Of a stretch of 64,000 nt of DNA, positions 61,225 to 64,000 are shown piece by piece (the first letter of the stretch is position 1; each line of letters starts with the position of its first letter). Location: positions 237,488-301,487 of the forward strand of contig CANJLL010000002.1 in the NCBI GenBank assembly GCA_947475545.1, given 5' to 3'. The notes under the pieces are model-generated. The model made no database searches, was not told the origin of the DNA, and saw only the letters and a list, made by a program, of their open reading frames with translations. Source of the DNA: Chloroflexota bacterium. Its GTDB lineage: Bacteria; Chloroflexota; Limnocylindria; Limnocylindrales; CSP1-4. The position numbers were made by a program, and so were the translations under genes.

Positions 61225-63126
61225 CTACCGGCCCACCGCGTAGCCCTGCATCCCGCGCGGGTTTGCGGCCCCGTACAGCACGCCCGTCCGCGCGTCGCGC
61301 GCCACCGACGAGATCCGCGCCAGCGTCCACGGCCCCACCACCGTGACCTTGTGGCCGCGCGCCCGGAGCGCCCCGATGGTCCGCGCGCCCAGCCGGGATT
61401 CCACGACGATCTCCCCCGGCGCGCTGCCCCTCGGGTAGAACGACGACGGGAAGTGCGTGGTGTGCCAGATCGGCGCGTCGATGGCCGCCTGCAGGTTCAT
61501 CCCCGACACCGCGTGGGCCAGGAAGAACATCAGCTGCCATTGGTCCTGCTGGTCGCCGCCCGGCGTGCCGAACGACAGCGCCGCCCGCCCGTCCCGGAAC
61601 GCCAGCGACGGCGTCAGCGTGGTTCGCGGCCGCTTCCCGGGCGCCAGCGAGTTGGGCAGCCCCGGCTCCAGCCAGAACATCTGCAGGCGCGTGCCCAGGC
61701 AGAAGCCCAGCTCCGGGATGGTGGGCGAGGACTGGAGCCAGCCGCCGCTGGGCGTGGCCGAGACCATGTTCCCCCAGCGATCCACCACGTCGAGGTGGCA
61801 GGTGTCGCCCTTGGAGCGCTTGCGCAGCCCGGCCAGGGTGGGCTCGCCCGCGCCCGGAGCCTGGGCTGCTGCCGAACCGCCGCCGGCTGCCGCCCGAACC
61901 TTCAGCGTGGGGTCCCCCGCCCCCGCCCCGGCCGCAGCCACGAACGGCGCCGACAGGATCGCCGGGAGCACCGGCATGCGCCCGCCGGGCGAGCCGGGCC
62001 GGAGGTCCATCGAGGCCGTAGGCCCAACCAGCGCCCGCCGCGCGGCGGCGTACTCCGGGCTGAGCAGGTCCGCGTACGGCACGCCCGGGTCGTCGCCGTA
62101 CCAGGCCTCGCGATCCGCGAACGCCAGCTTGGCGCACTCCACCACGGTGTGGACCATCTCCGCGGTGCCGTGGCGGAGCGCCCGATCCGGGAACCCGTCG
62201 AGCAGTGCCAGCTGCTGGAGGAGGACCGGGCCCTGGCCCCAGGCGTGCGTCTTGCAGACGGTCCAGCCGCGGAAGTCGTAGGTCAGCGGCGGCTCGTAGG
62301 GCGACGCGTAGCCCCACATGTCCTGGCCGGTCAGGACGCCGGCGTGCGCCTCCCCGGACGAATCCAGGAACGCCTGTCGCGCGAAGCGGTCCACCGCGTC
62401 GGCGACGAAGCCACGGTTCCAGGCCATCCGGGCCCGCTCCATCTCCTCTGCGCGGTCCGGGCCGCTGGGGCCGCTGGGGCCCTTGCCAGCTTCGGCCTCG
62501 CGGAGCAGTCGCTCCCAGGTGTCGGCCAGGGTGGAATTCCGGAACAGCGTCCCCGGGGAGGGCACGCGGCCCTGGTCCAGCCACAGGTCGGCGGACGGGC
62601 CCCACGCCTCGCGGAAGAGCGGCGCGACGTCCGCGATGGTGCCGCAGGTGGTGTCCAGGAGGGGGTGGCCGTCGCGGGCGTACCCGATGGCATACTTGAG
62701 GATCTCGCGCAGCGGCAGGGTGCCGTGGTCGCGCAGCAGCGTGAGCCACGCGTCCACCGTGCCGGGGATCGCGGCCGCCAGCAGCCCGTTGTCGGGGATC
62801 AGCTGGAGTCCCAGGCCTTCGAAATGCTCGCGCGTGGCGCCGGCCGGCGCGGGGCCCTGGCCAGAGAGCACGGTGGCCCGGTCGTCGCCGGCCTTTGCGA
62901 AGAGAAGCGGCATGTCGCCGCCGGGGCCATTGAGATGCGGCTCCACGACCTGGAGCGTGAACCCCGTGGCGGCGGCGGCATCGAAGGCGTTCCCGCCCGC
63001 CTCCAGCGCCGCCATGCCCGCCGCGGACGCGATCCAGTGGGTGGACGCGACCATGCCAAAGGTGCCCGCCAGTTGCGGTCGCGTGGTGAAGCCGGCGGTG
63101 CTCAGCGTGCGGGGTGCGCGGGCCAT
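61225..63126 (-). CDS. Gamma-glutamyltransferase family protein
   Basis: GGNAFDAA, EPHLNGPGGD, KLAFADR, nucleophile DTCHLDVVD, PRTTLTP, GTPGGDQQ. Confidence 0.9.
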   Translation of the reverse strand: MARAPRTLSTAGFTTRPQLAGTFGMVASTHWIASAAGMAALEAGGNAFDAAAATGFTLQVVEPHLNGPGGDMPLLFAKAGDDRATVLSGQGPAPAGATREHFEGLGLQLIPDNGLLAAAIPGTVDAWLTLLRDHGTLPLREILKYAIGYARDGHPLLDTTCGTIADVAPLFREAWGPSADLWLDQGRVPSPGTLFRNSTLADTWERLLREAEAGKGPSGPSGPDRAEEMERARMAWNRGFVADAVDRFARQAFLDSSGEAHAGVLTGQDMWGYASPYEPPLTYDFRGWTVCKTHAWGQGPVLLQQLALLDGFPDRALRHGTAEMVHTVVECAKLAFADREAWYGDDPGVPYADLLSPEYAAARRALVGPTASMDLRPGSPGGRMPVLPAILSAPFVAAAGAGAGDPTLKVRAAAGGGSAAAQAPGAGEPTLAGLRKRSKGDTCHLDVVDRWGNMVSATPSGGWLQSSPTIPELGFCLGTRLQMFWLEPGLPNSLAPGKRPRTTLTPSLAFRDGRAALSFGTPGGDQQDQWQLMFFLAHAVSGMNLQAAIDAPIWHTTHFPSSFYPRGSAPGEIVVESRLGARTIGALRARGHKVTVVGPWTLARISSVARDARTGVLYGAANPRGMQGYAVGR

Positions 63127-63157
63127 GGGGGGTTCCTCGTGACGGTTCGGGCCAAGC

Positions 63158-64000
63158 CTACGCCAGCCCGCCGGCGACTTCGTGGACCACGCGTCCGCCG
63201 ACGGTTGTCAGCGGCACCGGGAGGGTCCGAACCTCGTCGGGAGCGCACTCGAAGATGGGCCGGTCCAGGACGGCGAGGTCGGCCAGCTTGCCGGCCTCGA
63301 TCGAGCCCTTGTCGTCCTCCTCGAACGTGAGGCGGGCGGCGTCGAGGGTGAGCGCCCGGAGCGCCCGCTCCACCGTCACGCGCTGGCCCTCGCCCAGGAC
63401 CTGCCCGCCCCGGTCCCGCCGCTCCACCGCCGCGGCCAGCGCCCAGAGCGCCGAGTACGGCTTGTTGTCGGTGGACAGCGCCCAGGGGAGGCCCTCGGCG
63501 TCGAAGTCGACGTGGGGACACAGCCGCTCCGGGTCCCCGCCGGCCGCCAGGTACGCCGAGCCGGACTTCCAGATGTAGGCGCTGGGCTGGGTGGTGGCAA
63601 TAGCGCCCAGGTCGCGCATCCGGCGGATGGCCTGGGGCGACGCGTCGCGGAGGTGCTCCAGGACGGGGCGCAGGTCGCGGATCGGATGGACGCGGTCGAC
63701 CGCCTCCAGGACGTCCAGCACCGTGGCCAGCGTCGTCGCGTCGTTGACCAGGGTGTTGATCCGGACGCGGTTGGCCGCGGCGGCCAGGCACAGGTCGTGG
63801 AAGTCGCGCTCCTCGAACTCGGCTTCCACGAAGCCGCCCCAGGCCGTGTACGGGAGGCCGTCGAAGAGGATCCGCGTCACGTCATTCGGGTGGCCCAGGC
63901 CCAGGAAGACGCCGCCGAATCGGAGCCAGGCGTCGCCGGTGCCGTGCCGGCCGCTGGCGAAGGGGAGCCAGCGCTCGATGGCTTCGATGCCTTCGGCCGC
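63158..64000 (-). CDS. Amidohydrolase-3 family protein (5'-truncated by window edge)
   Basis: Open to window end; VLEH, LSTD, KGSIEAGKLADLAVLD, TTVGGRVVH. Confidence 0.8.
   Translation of the reverse strand, partial: AAEGIEAIERWLPFASGRHGTGDAWLRFGGVFLGLGHPNDVTRILFDGLPYTAWGGFVEAEFEERDFHDLCLAAAANRVRINTLVNDATTLATVLDVLEAVDRVHPIRDLRPVLEHLRDASPQAIRRMRDLGAIATTQPSAYIWKSGSAYLAAGGDPERLCPHVDFDAEGLPWALSTDNKPYSALWALAAAVERRDRGGQVLGEGQRVTVERALRALTLDAARLTFEEDDKGSIEAGKLADLAVLDRPIFECAPDEVRTLPVPLTTVGGRVVHEVAGGLA

Overview
High-GC (roughly 70-75% by eye) bacterial chromosome segment. Gene content and protein style suggest Chloroflexota or another Terrabacteria lineage (inference only). 1-25 kb is mostly housekeeping: HD protein, holA, rsfS-nadD-obg, LysM/M23 peptidase, rho, transaldolase, pyrG, psuG with a PfkB kinase, and a pentose-phosphate cluster (tkt-rpiB-pgi-like-gnd-zwf-opcA-pgl). 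At 25-32 kb, two diverged bicupin paralogues (the second broken by an in-frame TAG and depleted of Tyr codons) bracket an orphan xanthine-oxidase-family Mo subunit and a dihydroxyphthalate-decarboxylase-like gene; a stand-alone AAA+ ATPase follows. 32-43 kb holds citrate synthase, transporters and an SbcD/SbcC-like pair. 43-61 kb is a selenium/molybdenum locus: selC-selA-selB-mobA, a divergent selD, and a selenocysteine formate dehydrogenase (UGA 50037-50039 plus SECIS). Its catalytic, NuoEF-like and Fe-S subunit genes are dispersed over 11 kb and interleaved with a pseudogene, a Phd-VapC pair, a stand-alone DUF262 gene, a second NuoF-like gene with a ferredoxin, and a phosphoesterase. Most notable unexplained signals: an apparently leaderless tRNA-Sec with a G-G acceptor mismatch heading the sel operon, pervasive leaderless -10/start architecture, a switchable structured leader upstream of the LysM/M23 gene, a repeated-motif array between pyrG and tal, an A5C5 start region at pyrG, and Tyr-codon erosion in a decaying gene. 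No CRISPR array, rRNA, integrase or transposase was seen. All family calls are by motif recognition, not database searches.
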